Notes: generated by a model not told the origin, from the letters alone. A DNA stretch of 64,000 bases from Selaginella moellendorffii (GCF_000143415.4 NW_003314325.1:714086-778085), one strand, 5' to 3'. Shown: positions 22,099 to 36,470, numbered from the stretch's first letter. A program made the numbers and translations.

Positions 22099-23234
22099 TG
22101 TAGCACACATGGTTTTGACCTTTTATCCTATGGTGATTTACCATAGGATAACACCACGAAGCGGAACCTAAACCCTCTTTGTGCCACGTGACAGATGCCA
22201 CGTGTCACATGCCACGTGTCCATAGGAACCCAAGGTTCAGGGCCTTGGGCCACTGAACGAAGGAACGGTGCCAAACTCCCAAGCATGGAGCCAAGGAGTG
22301 ATGGAACCGAACCACGGAGCAACTCCCGAGCATACAGCCCAAGGAGCGAAGGGACAGGGGCCCGGAGCGACTTGGAACAGTTCTGGAGAAGCCAGCATCC
22401 CAATGCCAGGACCAGCATGCAAAACGGAGCCAAACGGAGTCTGGCGCTATTTCGGCATACCGGTGGCCTAACGTGAGAGTATGGGTACTCCACCAGCTAG
22501 CATGGAATGGAACTTGGGCTTAGACCCAAGCCGGACGCAAAACAAGGACAAGCACGCAAGCGGGAGCTAGACTATGCCTCAGGTTGGTTGGCCATGCCCA
22601 ACCTACCCACTATCCCTACTATACATTTGGAACCCCCCACAGTGCCCCCCCCCCCTTGAGGAACACACGCTTTGGGCTTTCACCCCAAGCCTCCCTTAGT
22701 ATCAGGAGTTAGTCTCTGGGACAAGCTCGAAACTTACTAAATATGGAATGTCCTTAGATTGTGAATTTGGACACGGGACAAACACCGTTGTGTTCAGGCC
22801 GATCTCTACATTCCGTAGATGTGCTAAATGAGCAAATCTGGACACTTTCCATAAATAGCATTTGGGACCGAAATGAGACTAACACAAAGGGCATGATAGC
22901 GAGGGTGTTTGGCAGACACGGTAAGCTATCATGTAGCGATATTGAGGGACCAATCTCAATACGCGAGGGTTCTTGTCAAGCCAGTGCAAGACAGAGCAAA
23001 AGAGAACTAAAAAGCCAGGCCAAGTATGCTTGGCTAAATAGACACTTAGGAATTCCGTCCTTATGCTCATTCGGCCAAGTACAGATGCAAAGTCCAGTTT
23101 ACTAACACTTGAACAAGAGGGGGTTATAAAGGGTCCAGCAATACCGACCTCCTGCCATCATGGCAGTAAGGTAAGAGTGTTCGTAAGGACTGGTCGACAG
23201 GTAACTTTCGATACCCGAAGTCACATTCGCGACA
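22099..23234 (-). repeat. 5' LTR (1136 bp)
   Basis: tgtagcacac...cacattcgcgaca, followed on + by the TSD cattg. Confidence 0.95.
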
Positions 23235-23551
23235 CATTGGGATGTTGGTTGCTCTAGGATTGTTCCAAGTCACTCTGGGCTCCTGTCCCTTCGCTCTTTG
23301 AGTTGTATGCTCGGGAGTTACTCCGTGGTTCGGTTCCGTCATTCCTTGGCTCTATGCTTGGGAGTTTGGCATTGTTCCTTTGTTCAGTGGCCCAAAGCCC
23401 TGAAACTCGAGTTCCACACCACTGTCCTTTGGACATGTGGCATGTGACACATGGCATCTATCATGTGGCACAAAGAGGGTTTAAGTTCTACTTTGTGGTT
23501 ATCCTATGGTAAATCACTATAGGATAAAGGGTCAAAACCACATACACTACA
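23235..23551. mobile_element. Older inverted LTR, right part
   Basis: Reverse complement of about 15970-16288, ending ggtcaaaaccacatacactaca (LTR terminus). Confidence 0.88.
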
Positions 23552-23574
23552 CTAAACCCTCTATATGCTATATA

Positions 23575-23983
23575 TCACATGCCACATTCTATATGCTACA
23601 TATTCTAAGGACAACAGAGTGGAACTTAAGTTTTAGGGCCTTGGGCCACTGAACGAAGGAATGGAGTTAAACTCCTAAGTATGGAGCCAAGGAACAAAGG
23701 TATTGGAGCATAGAGCAACTCCCGAACGTACAGCTCAAAAACCGAAAGGATAGGAGCACAAAATGATTTGGAATAGTCCTAGAGCATTTAGTATCCCAAT
23801 GCCAAAACTAACATGCAAAACAAAGCCAAACGAAATTTAATGCTATGTTAGCATACTAATAGCCTAACATGAGGATATGGGTACTCCACTAATTAGCATG
23901 GTATAGAATTTGGCTGTAAAGAAAGAATATCTAAAAGGACTAACCGATTGATAACTTTCAATACCCAAAGTCACATTTACAAT
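23575..23983. mobile_element. Decayed, internally deleted LTR copy
   Basis: gggccttgggccactgaacgaagga...ggagccaagg...gggtactccac, then taactttcaatacccaaagtcacattt matching the LTR end. Confidence 0.8.
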
Positions 23984-25599
23984 AAATTATCAACCTAATA
24001 GGATTTTAAGGATATTATCACACTACACCTTAGGTCCACCTACCATTGTCAGGCACACAAACTACAAGTGGAGCAAGTTGTGTATCCCTTGAGAACAATT
24101 GCTATGTTGCTAAGGCAATCTCAACCAGGTAAAAGATGTTTTCCACATCTTTTTTTAGTGCATTTAAAAACTTTGTGGCTTTATAGAGGGCAACATTATC
24201 TTCTTTGCCATTTTGGTTTTTTATTAAGAGTTATATATTCATTAACTTCTTCATGAAGACACCAGCACATGTGAGACTAGACCACTCTTCTATGGCATGA
24301 TAGGTAATAACTTCTACTTGCAAGAAGTCACAAAGACTGAGCACTTGCTGGATAAAGACCAACACTGGAAGAACAAGAGAGTGAACTACATGTGGGGTCC
24401 TATGCTTCATAGTTGGGCACACTTGGATTATAAATATTATGAACACCATTTTCAAGAATATTTATGTTGTAGATTAAAATTACTGGCAAGCTTCTTTATA
24501 AAGATTAGGTTTAAGAAGGAAAGATCTAGTTATCTTTAAATCTATTATAATATTTTAATTACAAAGTTCTAGTACTTAATAAAACATCAAATGCAATCAC
24601 TTGGTCCAATAAAAAACAACTATCACTTGTCTCAATTAATTTTGCAATACTACAATCAAAACACTATTGCACTCACAAAACATGTTAAGTATTACATCCA
24701 ATGATAATTGAGTGCAATGACACCCTTTATTGTCATAGGAAATAATAATTACTTTTATAAGAATAAAATAATAAAAAATAATTTTCTCTAGTTTTCTTCA
24801 CAAAAATCCAATATTCTCATTTTATTTTTTATATTTCCTCTTCAAAAAGAACTTTGAGTCAGACTCTTACATCAAAGATACCACAAGTAGAGGAAATTAT
24901 CAGCAGTTTATTAATATCATTCTTATCATAGACTCTAGTATGCAATAACATGCTTTATATAAGTATAAAATTAGTATTTATTAGTGTAAAAGATAATTTA
25001 GTTTTTAAATGTGAAAAATGCATGATTTAAAAAACTTAAAACAGCTCCATAATACTATAAAGATTTGAATAAAGAGAATGAAACTATATTGTTTTGATAG
25101 TTCAATAAAAATCCATGGTTGATCAAAAACTTTATTATAAACTAATTCTTCCTACTAGGCATCATTAAGAGTAGCTAAAAATAAATTCAGAGAGTAGTTT
25201 TTGTAAAATATTGTTTTCTATAAAAAATAAAAATAAAAATTCTCCTCAATTACCATTAGGTTTCAGCCCCATTCATTTACTTAGATCATAGGTGTCATAC
25301 TATAAATGTAGCCATAAAAAATTGTTAGCATCAAAAGTTTGATAGTGACCATAAAATATAATTCACACATATAAATTTCAAATTGTGAATGACAATAATA
25401 AGTGACTTTTGGTTAGGGCATGTCATATGGCAGATTTTGGCAATCATTTCCATGCAATCAACATAACCTTCTTAATATATCAATATAAAAATATTTCAAG
25501 TATAATTCTGAAATATATAAATATGAACGTTAAAGATAACAAGTATAGGAGTTTATTTCATCAGCAGAAGTTAGTTAGAGTTGAATGGCCAATGGAAAC

Positions 25600-25860
25600 C
25601 TTACTACCTCTTATCTCCTCAGCCTGCACAGCCACTTCCATATCCCTTCCATCTATGTGAATGCTGCAAGCTTGAGCATGGAGATTACCACTATGTCCTC
25701 ATCTAGTGCACATCAGGACTAATAGTGTTGATCTCACTGGAATAACAAGGCAGAATCCACCATGGCAGCGCTTCTAGCGCTGGAGCATGATCTCAACAAC
25801 AATGCCCTCTCAGGCAAGATCCCTCCACAAATCTTAGCCAAGATCAATCTGTTCCCCTAG
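25600..25860 (+). pseudogene. LRR gene relic
   Basis: DLNNNALSGKIPPQ at about 25789-25830 is a plant extracellular LRR motif. No intact ORF. Confidence 0.5.
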
Positions 25861-26958
25861 ATGTTGATAATTTTACACTCTTGGTCCATTATATATGAGG
25901 AAATTGGAGAAGCATTCATTTAATAGACTCCACCACCCAAAACAAGGCTGCACATTCGTTTTAGAGGCAATCTCAACTAGTGTGGGGTATCTAAAGAAAA
26001 TAATAGATGCCAACAACAGGTTTGAAATGTGAGTAAGGGTTTGTAGAGCTATTGTTGGAGGTTGCTGACTTGGTATATTATAACAACATTGTTCTTGTCA
26101 CTGGAGAACAGTGATTCCAATGTTGGCGGCTGGCAATGCGAGAGACAAATAGCACAATCTACAATCTCCACTCTTGAGCCACACTCAAGAGAATGTGATC
26201 ACTAAGCAAGCCCTTTCAGTCGAGCATGTTGATTGGAAATAATTAACAAAATAAATTTAAGTTTAAGTTTTATTAGTGATCAAATGATACACATTATGCA
26301 TCTAACCATTTGAGCATTGACTTGCTCTTATGAAAGCCAATATCATTATATGGGCAGAGAGATCAAGAGAAAACAACATTGATCCAAAACAGCAAACACT
26401 TCATTAGCCCCCCACCGGCTTAATAATCCAACAATGACCTATAAATGTCGTTTTACTATCTAGAGTAGCGAGCTAACAAAATATCCAGGTCCCCCTCGGC
26501 CGATGCCCTGAAGATCCGACACAAATCTTGGTTTTATTTACCCAGCCGACTATATACAGTTGGTTTAACGTGTATCGTGTTGAAGTTTGAGAAATTTGTT
26601 TGGGACAGTGGAATCAAATTCCAATCTAATAATAAAATGCATGTCCATGGGCCTCGCTACACGAAAGAATTGGAAAGTATCACGGCCAAGAGAGAAAATT
26701 ATCACTCCTCCTCGATCTTTAGTTGATACAAAGGGCCAGCCGTCGGATTGGCTCCTCCGCGAATCCAGGCCGACAGACACATCCCTGGCCCCTTGGCGCC
26801 AAGAGAAGGCCACCACATTGGAATGGAAGCCTTCGTTCTCTACGAAGAAAGCATGTGAGCGTTGGCAACGAATATTCTCTCGTGGTTTGTCCTGGGTATA
26901 TATTAGCTGTGAGGACCTCTCCCCCATTTTTCGTCTAGGGTTCTAGCTAGAAGCTCCA

Positions 26959-29171
26959 ATGGCGATGGCGGGCGCCGGCGCCGCCTCTTATTTCTGTGGG
27001 CAAGCTGCTGCTACATTCTCGTCCGGATCGGGATCGTGCCGCTCCGCAGCGGTAATCGGCCGCAGGAATTCGTTTCGCGAGGTGATTTTCAGCTCCGGGA
27101 ACAAGCATCGTATGGCATGCGCGGTTCTCGAGGCCAAGCGCGTACCGATCCCTTCAATTCCTTCGATCGAGGCCCCAAAGGAGGTTTCCAGCGGCGATGG
27201 AGCGATACCGGGTGTTCCAGAGCAAGGATCAACAGTGAGCATCACTGTTGTCGGTGCCTCCGGTGATCTAGCCAAGAAGAAAATTTTCCCCGCCCTGTTT
27301 GCACTTTTCTACGAAGGGTGCCTGCCACAGGTTTGTCCGTGTGTGGTTTCTTTTCCACATGACTGAAAGACCAATGTTTCTCAGCACTTCACGATTTTTG
27401 GATATGCTCGGAGCAAGATGAGCGATGCCGAGCTGAGAGCTATGATCAGTGCTACTTTGACATGCAGGATCGATAAAAGGTAATCACAGCTCTTTAGCGG
27501 CCATAACTTAGTAAGCTCTCTTTACAGGGAGAACTGCAGTGAAAAGATTAGCCAGTTTTTAAAGCGTTGTTTCTATCAGTCCGGGCAGTATAACTCGGAG
27601 GACAACTTCTCCGAGCTGGATAAGAAATTAAAAGATCATGAGGTATGTCAATGGTTTACTTGTTCATGGCTAAAGAACTTTGTGTACAGGGTGGAAAAGT
27701 CGCAAACAGAATGTTTTATCTCTCCGTTCCACCCAATGTTTTCATTGACGTCGCAAGGTGTGCCAGTCGCTCTGCATCGTCCTCCAAAGGTTGGACTCGT
27801 GTGATTGTCGAAAAACCATTTGGCCGGGATTCCGAGTCGTCTGGCGAGCTTACTAGCGGGCTCAAAGAGTTTCTCACTGAAGAGCAGATATACAGGTACC
27901 TCTAACTCAGTCGATGTAGATTATGTTCCAAACATTTTTATATTTCAGAATTGATCACTACCTGGGCAAGGAGCTCGTAGAGAACTTGTCGATTTTGAGA
28001 TTCTCGAATCTTGTTTTTGAACCTCTCTGGTCGAGGCAGTACATCAGAAATGTGCAGCTTATTTTCTCCGAGGACTTTGGAACAGAAGGAAGAGGCGGGT
28101 ACGTGAAAAGATTTACTTTTTTCCTTTTCGTTTCGTGAAAACAATTTGAATCTGTTTTGAAAATGTTCTAGGTACTTCGACAACTATGGTATCATCCGTG
28201 ATATCATGCAAAATCACCTCCTTCAGATCTTAGCTTTGTTTGCAATGGAGCCTCCTGTTAGCTTAGACGCCGAGGACATTAGGAACGAGAAGGTATTGGT
28301 ATACTAGGTACTGTCGAAGTGCGTGCTAACATGTTCGTGCAGGTGAAGGTGTTGCGATCAATGAGGAAATTGCAGCTGGAAGATGTTGTTGTTGGTCAAT
28401 ACAAGAGCCACATCAAAGGAGGCGTGCACTATCCTGGCTACACAGACGACAAGACCGTACCGAATAACAGTCTCACACCAACATTTGCAGCAGCGGCGCT
28501 TTTTGTAGACAATGCCCGGTGGGACGGCGTACCGTTTCTCATGAAGGCTGGCAAGGCCTTGCACAATAAGCTGTATGTTTCTTTATGCTTTTCGGTCTCT
28601 CTCTCGTGCTTGCATTATCTGGAGCTTACTGCTACTTAAATCTCGCCTTGCAGAGCGGAGATCAGGGTACAATTCAGGCACGTACCTGGAAACCTTTACA
28701 AAAGAAGCTTTGGCATGGATCTCGATCAAGCCACCAACGAACTTGTAATCCGGGTACAGCCGGACGAAGCAGTGTACCTCAAGATCAACAACAAAGTTCC
28801 CGGCTTGGGGATGCGGCTGGACCGAAGCAATCTCAACTTGCTTTACTCGGACAGGTGATATAGATTTCTATCTCTCTTTCCGAGCTCTCACCAATGCATT
28901 CTTCCACAGGTACTCGCGAGAGATCCCAGACGCGTACGAGAGACTGCTGCTCGACGCCATTGAAGGTGAGCGCAGGCTTTTCATACGCAGTGATGAGCTC
29001 GACGCAGCATGGGCCATCTTCACTCCACTCCTCAAAGAGCTTGAGGAGAGGAAGATCTCCCCGGAGCTCTATCCTTATGGGAGCCGGGGCCCGGTGGGAG
29101 CTCATTACTTAGCGGCCAAGTATAACGTAAGATGGGGAGATATGAGCTCGTCCGAGCACTCCAAGTCGTGA
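26959..29171 (+). CDS. G6PD: Plastidic glucose-6-phosphate 1-dehydrogenase, about 9 exons
   Basis: Transit peptide, [10 protein letters not shown], plastid redox cysteines [43 protein letters not shown]; ends [16 protein letters not shown]. Confidence 0.96.
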
Positions 29172-30970
29172 GTGCTCGATCGATCGAGCGCAAACCAAGG
29201 AAAGTTTTGTACAGGGTCTCCTTCGGCTACGAAATAACTTTGGAGTTCCAGAGCGATCGATTCAATCGGCTATCCGGGTTTGGAGAGGAAAGAGATGAGA
29301 CAATGGAAAGTTTCTTGACACAAAGAATGGTATTGGCTAAAGGACGAAGAAGAAGAACAAAAGAATTCCAATAAAAGAGAGATTTTTCTTTCTTTCTATG
29401 GTTTGGTTGCTTCCGCTATGAATGCAAATGTCCGCAGCAACATTATGATGTGCCAGGTGCTCAAATTCTTATTGGCCAGATCTACGGCTGGTCCAAAAAT
29501 ACTTGCGTACGGATAGACTATGTACGGCATGTAAACCTCAGTGGTTTTTGAGGAGCCCTAATCCCGGGGATTTTGTTCTTCTTCTTGAATCGGTGGGTTG
29601 CCGCGAGCGATCGGCTCGATTTCTCGCTCGCTTTCTCCTCTCTGTTAGGTAAGAGCTGCGCCGGATCGTAATGGACATTAATCGCGCGGGCGCTTGGAAA
29701 TTTATGGCCGCTCATGATTCAGGCAACCATTTCTTTCTGCGATCATGAATCTTTGATGAGCGGCGTTCCATCCGGCGGGCCGCATTCTCTTCTCTGGCTT
29801 CACAGGTTCGTAGCGATCTAGCTATCCCTAATCTAATCCGGTTTTCTCGCTGGAAATCTCGCCAGGATTTGATCGAGTCTTCGTCGATCGATCCGGCTGC
29901 AAGGCAGAAGAAATATTTGTTTGGCCGCTGCGTATGTAAGTCTGTCGCTTGCCTGCACATTCTTTGTTTGTTCTTGGCATTTTCTTTGATGCGTCATTGT
30001 CCCTGCCATCGTTTACGCGCTAAACTAACTCCTTTCCTTAACAATCCAGCCGATCGAGCATCGGCAGTGACGCTTTATCCCTGGCATTCTTTCTAGCACA
30101 CACTCTTGGGTGCGTTTTCACCATTCAGTCTCCAGCGAGGTTCTCCTCTTTTCCTTCCTTTTTTATCTTTTGAGACCTCCAGCAAGATTAATGTGTCCTG
30201 CCAGTCTAGCGTCTTTCCTCTGATCGATTCTGTGAACTTTTATTTTCATTCTCAATCCTTTAGGATTTTTTTTTTCTCTTCGAGAGAACAGTTTTTCCGA
30301 TTTGTGAGTTTTTCTTCTTCTTCATTTCCAGTCCTGTACTTAGCCGTGAGAAGCGCTTTGAGTCTTTCTCAAATCTTACCTTACTGCTTTGGATTCGATA
30401 CTATATTACTGTCGAAGGTCATGTGCGTATGAGTCGGGTTTGTGTGTGATTTTTTTTAAGTGTGTGAATAGTTTCTATTCCAATCGCTTTATTGACGGAG
30501 GAGCCAGTCGCTGTCGACCGACTCCTGCGGTGGCCCCTCGCTGTAGGGTGTAACATCTCTTTTCTTCACCTTACTTTCTCTCTCACTCGTTGTTTGGGTT
30601 GCCCTTGAGCGTCCCTTGTGGGCTCTTCTCCCTTACTGTGCTAGCATTCTAATCTGCATTGCTACTGTGCTTGGATCCCTGGAGCAGGACATGGACCGGC
30701 GACCCTCTACGCTCTGGAGCTCGCAGATTTTTCCCTGAGGTGAAGTTAGGCAGCAGGAAATCCGGGATCCATACTGGAGGCTCCTCGGTAAGAACAGTGA
30801 TCTGCTGTCCGGAGGTTTAAAATGCTGCCGCTGCTTATTTTTTATCTCAGGTGAAACTCAGGACTGGATAGGAGAGAGCTAGGCATTTGGATCTATGTGA
30901 GGATTATGGGAAAAGACCGGGCTTGGTAGATGCGGTGTTGGGTGCTCCGTGCATTGTTGTTCCCTTCGCC

Positions 30971-33900
30971 ATGGAGGAAGCACTTACGCAGGTGCAGGCA
31001 AAAGACACCAAGGAAAGGATGGCTGGAGTGGAGATGCTCCAGACTTTACTTGAGCAGCGTAGGAAAGGGCTTTCAGCTAGCGAAGTAGGGAGCATAGTGG
31101 ATGCAACCAGGGGACTGCTCACGGATAACAACTTCAGGGTTTGCCAAGGGGCTCTCCAGGTTCTTGCATCGGCGTCAGCACTAGCAGGCGAGCATCTTAA
31201 AGTTCACTTTAACGTTCTTGTCCCGGCCATCGTGGAGTGCCTCGGGGATGCCAAACAACCGGTCCGTGATGCGGCTAATCGGCTTATACTGGCACTCATG
31301 GAGGCAAGTTTCTTGTTCTCGCTTCGTTGGAAATGTGGATCTGATATGTATGGCTTCTTCACTCCGTGCAGATATCATCTCCAACTATTATAGTTGAGAG
31401 AGCGGGAAGCACGGCTTGGACTCACAGAAACTGGAGAGTTCGAGAAGAGTTTATGCGAACAATGGCATCAGCCGTGAGCCTCTTTTCGGCGAAGGAGATC
31501 ACATTGCAACGCTTCATTCTTCCTTCCGTAAGCGCACTTTGTTTTGTGCTACACCTGATGTTCGTATCAATCTTTGGCAGGCCTTGCAATTGTTGAGCGA
31601 TCCCAACAGCGCAGTGAGGGAAGCTTCTATGTTGTGTTTGGAGGTGCCAGTTTCTTTTCTGCATAATGGAGTGTAACTGAAGGTTTTGCCAGGAAATGCA
31701 TCGTCAGGTTGGATCACAGTTTCGCGACGAGCTCCAGCGTCAGCCTATACAGCCGGCACAGGTGTTGTCGCTATCGATGAAATTTCTGCGATGCTGACTT
31801 TGGATGCAGATGACAGAAATTATCTCGAAGCTTGAAAGGATGGATTCAAAGTCTCGTCCCTTCGAAAGCTTAGCCAGGCAAGGTGGCGCAGACAACAACA
31901 AACCAATGACTAGTCCGTCTGGAAGTTTTAAAAGGCAAAGTCCGAGAGGAAAGCCCGCACCTTTAGATGTTCCGTCATATTCAGGCAAGCATTCTTTTTC
32001 ATCTCTCGCGTATTTTAACTGTTATATCTATGAATGCAGGCGAGGTGGACTCTCCCGAACAACCCGTGGATCCTATTAAAGTGTATTCAGAAAGGGAGCT
32101 AGTGAGGGAGATGGAAAAGATCTGTTCCACGTTGACGCAGGACCAGGATTGGTCCGTAAGAATGGCTGCACTACAAAGGGTTGAAGGGCTTGTCTACGGA
32201 GGTACATACGTTTTCTTGTGGTTACTTCGCAAAAGTTTTAACGTTTTGTACATTTGTAGGGGCTACTGATTTCCAGTCTTTTCCTTCCTTGCTGAAGCAA
32301 TTAACTCCCCCTCTGAATGTCCAGCTTTCTGATCGGCGCTCTAGTATCGTCAAGCAGGTTGATTCCGAACTTTTTTCTTTTGTGCTTTACTGACCGAATG
32401 TAAAACTTCCAGGCTTGCCATCTCTTGAATATTTTGTCTAGAGAATTATTATCTGATTTCGAGGCATGCGCAGAGTCCTTCATACCTGTACGTGGTTTTG
32501 ATGTTCTGTATTCTTTGACTTATCTTCACGTTGTCAAACAGATGCTATTTAAGCTCGTTGTTATTACTGTTCAAGTTATTGCCGAGTCAGCCGATAATTG
32601 TATAAAAACGGTGTGTCATGCAATTACCTGTCCAAATTCTCATAACTCGCTTTTACAGATTCTGCGTAATTGTCGAGTTTCGCGAATGCTTCCGCGAATT
32701 GTTGATATTGCAAAAAATGACCGCAGTGGTGTCTTGAGAGCAAGGTACAGTTTAGCTCTTTGAACTAAATAATGAAGATAACAATGTATGATATTACTTA
32801 GGTGTTGTGAATACGCTCTTTTGATACTAGAACAGTGGCCGGATACTCCAGAAATCCAACGTTCAGCCGAACTTTATGAAGATCTTATCAAATGCTGTGT
32901 TGTAGATGCTATGAGCGAGGTAACTTTCGCTAATATGTGAAAGAAACAAATGAATCAAACTCGTTGTATCCAGGTACGCTCAACGGCAAGATCATGTTAT
33001 CGACTTTTTGCTAAGACGTGGCCTGAACGATCCCAAAAACTTTTCTTCTCTTTTGATCCGGCTATTCAGCGTGTAAGTAACTTACATGGTTTATTCTTCT
33101 AAATGGACGTTTTCATTTTGTTTCACAAGCTTATAAACGACGAAGAAAGAGGATTTCATAAACGATACTCGTCTCCAGCATCGCGCACCAGGGGTAACCC
33201 GTTGAGGGCTTCATTGACTGTCGTCTCGAAGTCAACCCCTGTTACTCCCCAGACAGTTCCTATTATCGCAATGGACAGACGTGCGAGTTTCTCGTCGGGT
33301 GGAGCTCATTCGAGAACGAGCGAGCAAGAGAGAAGCTTAGAAAGCATTTTACAAGCAAGCCAACAGCGGGTAAACGCAATAGAGACGATGCTGAGGGGCG
33401 TTGATATATCTGACGTGAAAGGTCCTCTATCTAAGGCTACCGCCAAAGGTACGATATCTTGCTTCTTTTACTTTGCACTGCATAACGTTCCTCTTTTCGC
33501 AACAGCAAGCCCCAAGGCTGTGGATTTACCATCCTCTCGTGATCCACCTTTTCCGGCTTCAGCGTCGTCCGCCGTGGGAGGCAGTACTACAGTTTCTAGC
33601 GCTTACACTGGCGATCTCTACGGTACTGCACCTGGAGCTTTGTTATCTCCTCAACGCATGCTTTCTGACACGAAGAGAGGCATGGTCTACAACGGTTTGA
33701 GTCAAGACAGTGATCGGGTTAATGCGAGGGTATCAGTCATGGACAGATTCAACTGGAGCAGCTCTAGCTTGATGGCTGAAGGCAGGGAAGGTAAGCGGAC
33801 TCCAAGGGGTGATAACCAAGGTGGAGTTCCAGGATTCCAGAGACCACTTCTTAGAAACAGCAGCTCGGGGAGGTCGCCGTCTGCCACTAGAAGCCATGGT

Positions 33901-36377
33901 GATACTATGCAGGGGTCCTACGAAGCGTTTAGCAGTAACGGGTCCACAATACAACTCCACGAAGCTCTTGGAGAAGGCCTTAGTCCCAATGCCGACTGGT
34001 CGGCACGGGTTGGCGCTTTTACTTTCATCAGGGATCTGCTTCAGAACGGCATAAAGGGACTACAGGAAATAACGCAGAGCTTTGAGAAGATTATGAAGCT
34101 CTTCTTTGCACACTTGGACGATCCACATCACAAAGTTGCGCAGGCAGCTCTGTCAACCTTGAATGAGCTCGTTCCAGTTTGCAGAAAACCGTTTGAGTCG
34201 TACTTGGAGCGCATTTTACCTCACGTCTTCTCCAGATTGGTCGACCCGAAGGAAATCATACGGCAGCTCAGTGCATCAGTTCTTGAGACGGTTGGCTCGA
34301 CTTACACCATTGAGTCGTTGCTCCCTGCTTTGTTGCGATCCCTCGACGAGCAGCGGTCACTTAAGGCCAAAGTCGCTATCATCGAATTTGCCAACAATGC
34401 ACTCAGTAAGCTCACGCTCTCAGGGGAAATACCAGGTGGTAGTGGACTGATGAGGTTGTGGCTGGCAAAGATTGCTCCTCTAGTGAACGATAAAAACCCG
34501 AAGCTTAAGGATATTGCTGTCAACAGTCTTATAGCAGTTTATACTCACTACGATTCCGGCGCAGTCCTGAACTTCATTCTCAACTTATCCATCGAAGAGC
34601 AAGCCAGCTTACGTCGTGCATTAAAACAGTACACTCCTCGCATAGAAGTGGACCTCGTCGCAGTTCTGCAGAGCAAGCATCAGCGAGGGAAGAAGTCAGG
34701 CAATGATCAAAATGACTACTCTACCATGTCCGTCGATGGTGGAGGTAGAGCCTACTCGACCTTGATGAGAAGCCAGCCGCCTGGAAGCTATTCTTCCGGA
34801 TCCATAAACAGCGACTCTGGTAGAAAGTGGAGCTCCATGCAGTCCGACTCAGTGCAGTATAACGCCAGAATGAACGGTCAGTCCAAAGAAAATGATGCGA
34901 GCGCCATCAGCTCAAACAACTTCAGGAGCGTGTCGAGTATCGAGGACGTTTCTCAGTCTAAGAAGGCCGGATTGCGAAGTTCTGGAGATAAGCTCGATAG
35001 AATGTCCCAAACACGCAGACTGAGCACCGAGGACCTGAGGAATATGGTCGACAGTATTGAACATAATAAGGCTGACGAGACTAGTTTGGAAAAGCGTCAA
35101 CAGAAAAATGAGGCAGACGAAGCATACAAACAGCTCTTTTCTCAGGAGTCTAGCAAGGTACCTCTAGCGGAAGAAGTCAAGCCTTCGGAGGCAAACGGAT
35201 CAAGTTTCGACGATCTTCCGAGTATTCCATCGCTGCTTATACAGGTATTGAGGCTGAAGATGTTTTCTAAACATGATGTTGATGATATTTCGTGCAGATG
35301 TCTAATGTGGAGGATTCAAGTAAACGATCAGGTGCTCTCGAAGATTTTCTCGCGATATTTCGTAAAGCCGATGCTAGCAGCTGGTCACAGGTGAGAAGGT
35401 TACTCTCTACCAAGCTGAATTCTGAAATATGGTTTTTGCAGTATTTTAACCAGATCCTCACGGCCGTTCTCGAAGCATTTGATGATCCGAATAATGCCAT
35501 TCGCGAGCTTGCTTTATCCGTTATCTTCGAAATGCTAAATAATCAGGTTTGTTTCCTCTGATTTTCTCGAGATTCCCATTCACTAGTTTCTTCAGAGAGC
35601 GATGATGGAAGAACCAACAGAGCTGCTGGTAGAGAAACTTCTGCATGCAAGCAAAGACCAGACGCCAAAGGTAGGCAAACCTTAATGGGAACGATTGCCA
35701 AGTTCGAGCTGTTCTCTTCTTTGGACAGGTTGCTGCTGGGGCAGACGCGTGCCTGACCGTTGTACTTAAAGAATTCGATGCCTATCGCTGCCTCTCGGTA
35801 AGCCCACAACACTTTTGGCAATGGATAACAAGCCTGCTGCTGCCGCAGGTTGTTGTTCCTCTTCTCGTGAACGAAGACGTGAGAACCTTGATTACTTGTA
35901 TAAGCTGCCTAACTAAGGTACGAAGGAGAAAACGAGCATTGGGATAACATGTTTTTTGTTTCTCTTTCAGCTTGTATCCCGTCTTCCACAACAAGAGCTC
36001 ATGGAGCAGCTACCGTCTTTCCTCCCGGCTCTCTTCGACGCGTTTGGCAACCAAAACGCCGACGTTCGCAAGGTCTGGATTTAAAGTTCCTCCCTTTCGG
36101 TGCTTCTTATGATTTCTTCCACAGACTGTTGTCTTTTGCTTGGTGGACATCTACATCGCACTCGGAAAAGCATTCGTCCCGTATCTGAGCAGCCTCAGCA
36201 GCAACCAGTTACGGCTGGTCACGATTTACGCGAACAGAATCGCACAGGTATACTCAAACGCGTTTGTTTCATCACGTCGTGGAATCTAAAAGTAAAACTC
36301 GTCAGGCTCGTACTGGGACCCCTGTCGAGCAGCAGCAGCAGCAGCAGCAAGCGGCAGCGGCAACACCCACACAGTAA
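30971..36377 (+). CDS. CLASP: CLIP-associated protein (TOG/HEAT repeats), multi-exon
   Basis: MEEAL..AKDTKERMAGVE, DNNFRVCQGALQ, LGDAKQPVRDAA, DWSVRMAALQRVE, LSDRRSSIVKQ, HLDDPHHKVAQAAL, FGNQNADVRK, QLRLVTIYANRI. A long intron-containing 5' leader probably lies in about 29600-30970. Confidence 0.95.
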
Positions 36378-36470
36378 CACACACAGGATTTTCGCGAGAG
36401 AAAGTTTACATAAATCCAGCAGAGTTTCTAGGTTCGTCGTTTTTCATTTTCTCTCGTTTAGGAAGTAGGC

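Larger units (their letters stand above)
15970..23234 (-). mobile_element. Full-length non-autonomous LTR retrotransposon (probably Gypsy-related)
   Basis: Two TG...CA LTRs; 5-bp TSD CATTG (15965-15969 and 23235-23239); minus-strand PBS TGGTATCAGAG next to the right LTR; minus-strand PPT AGGGGGGGAGAG next to the left LTR; no long internal ORF. Confidence 0.95.
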
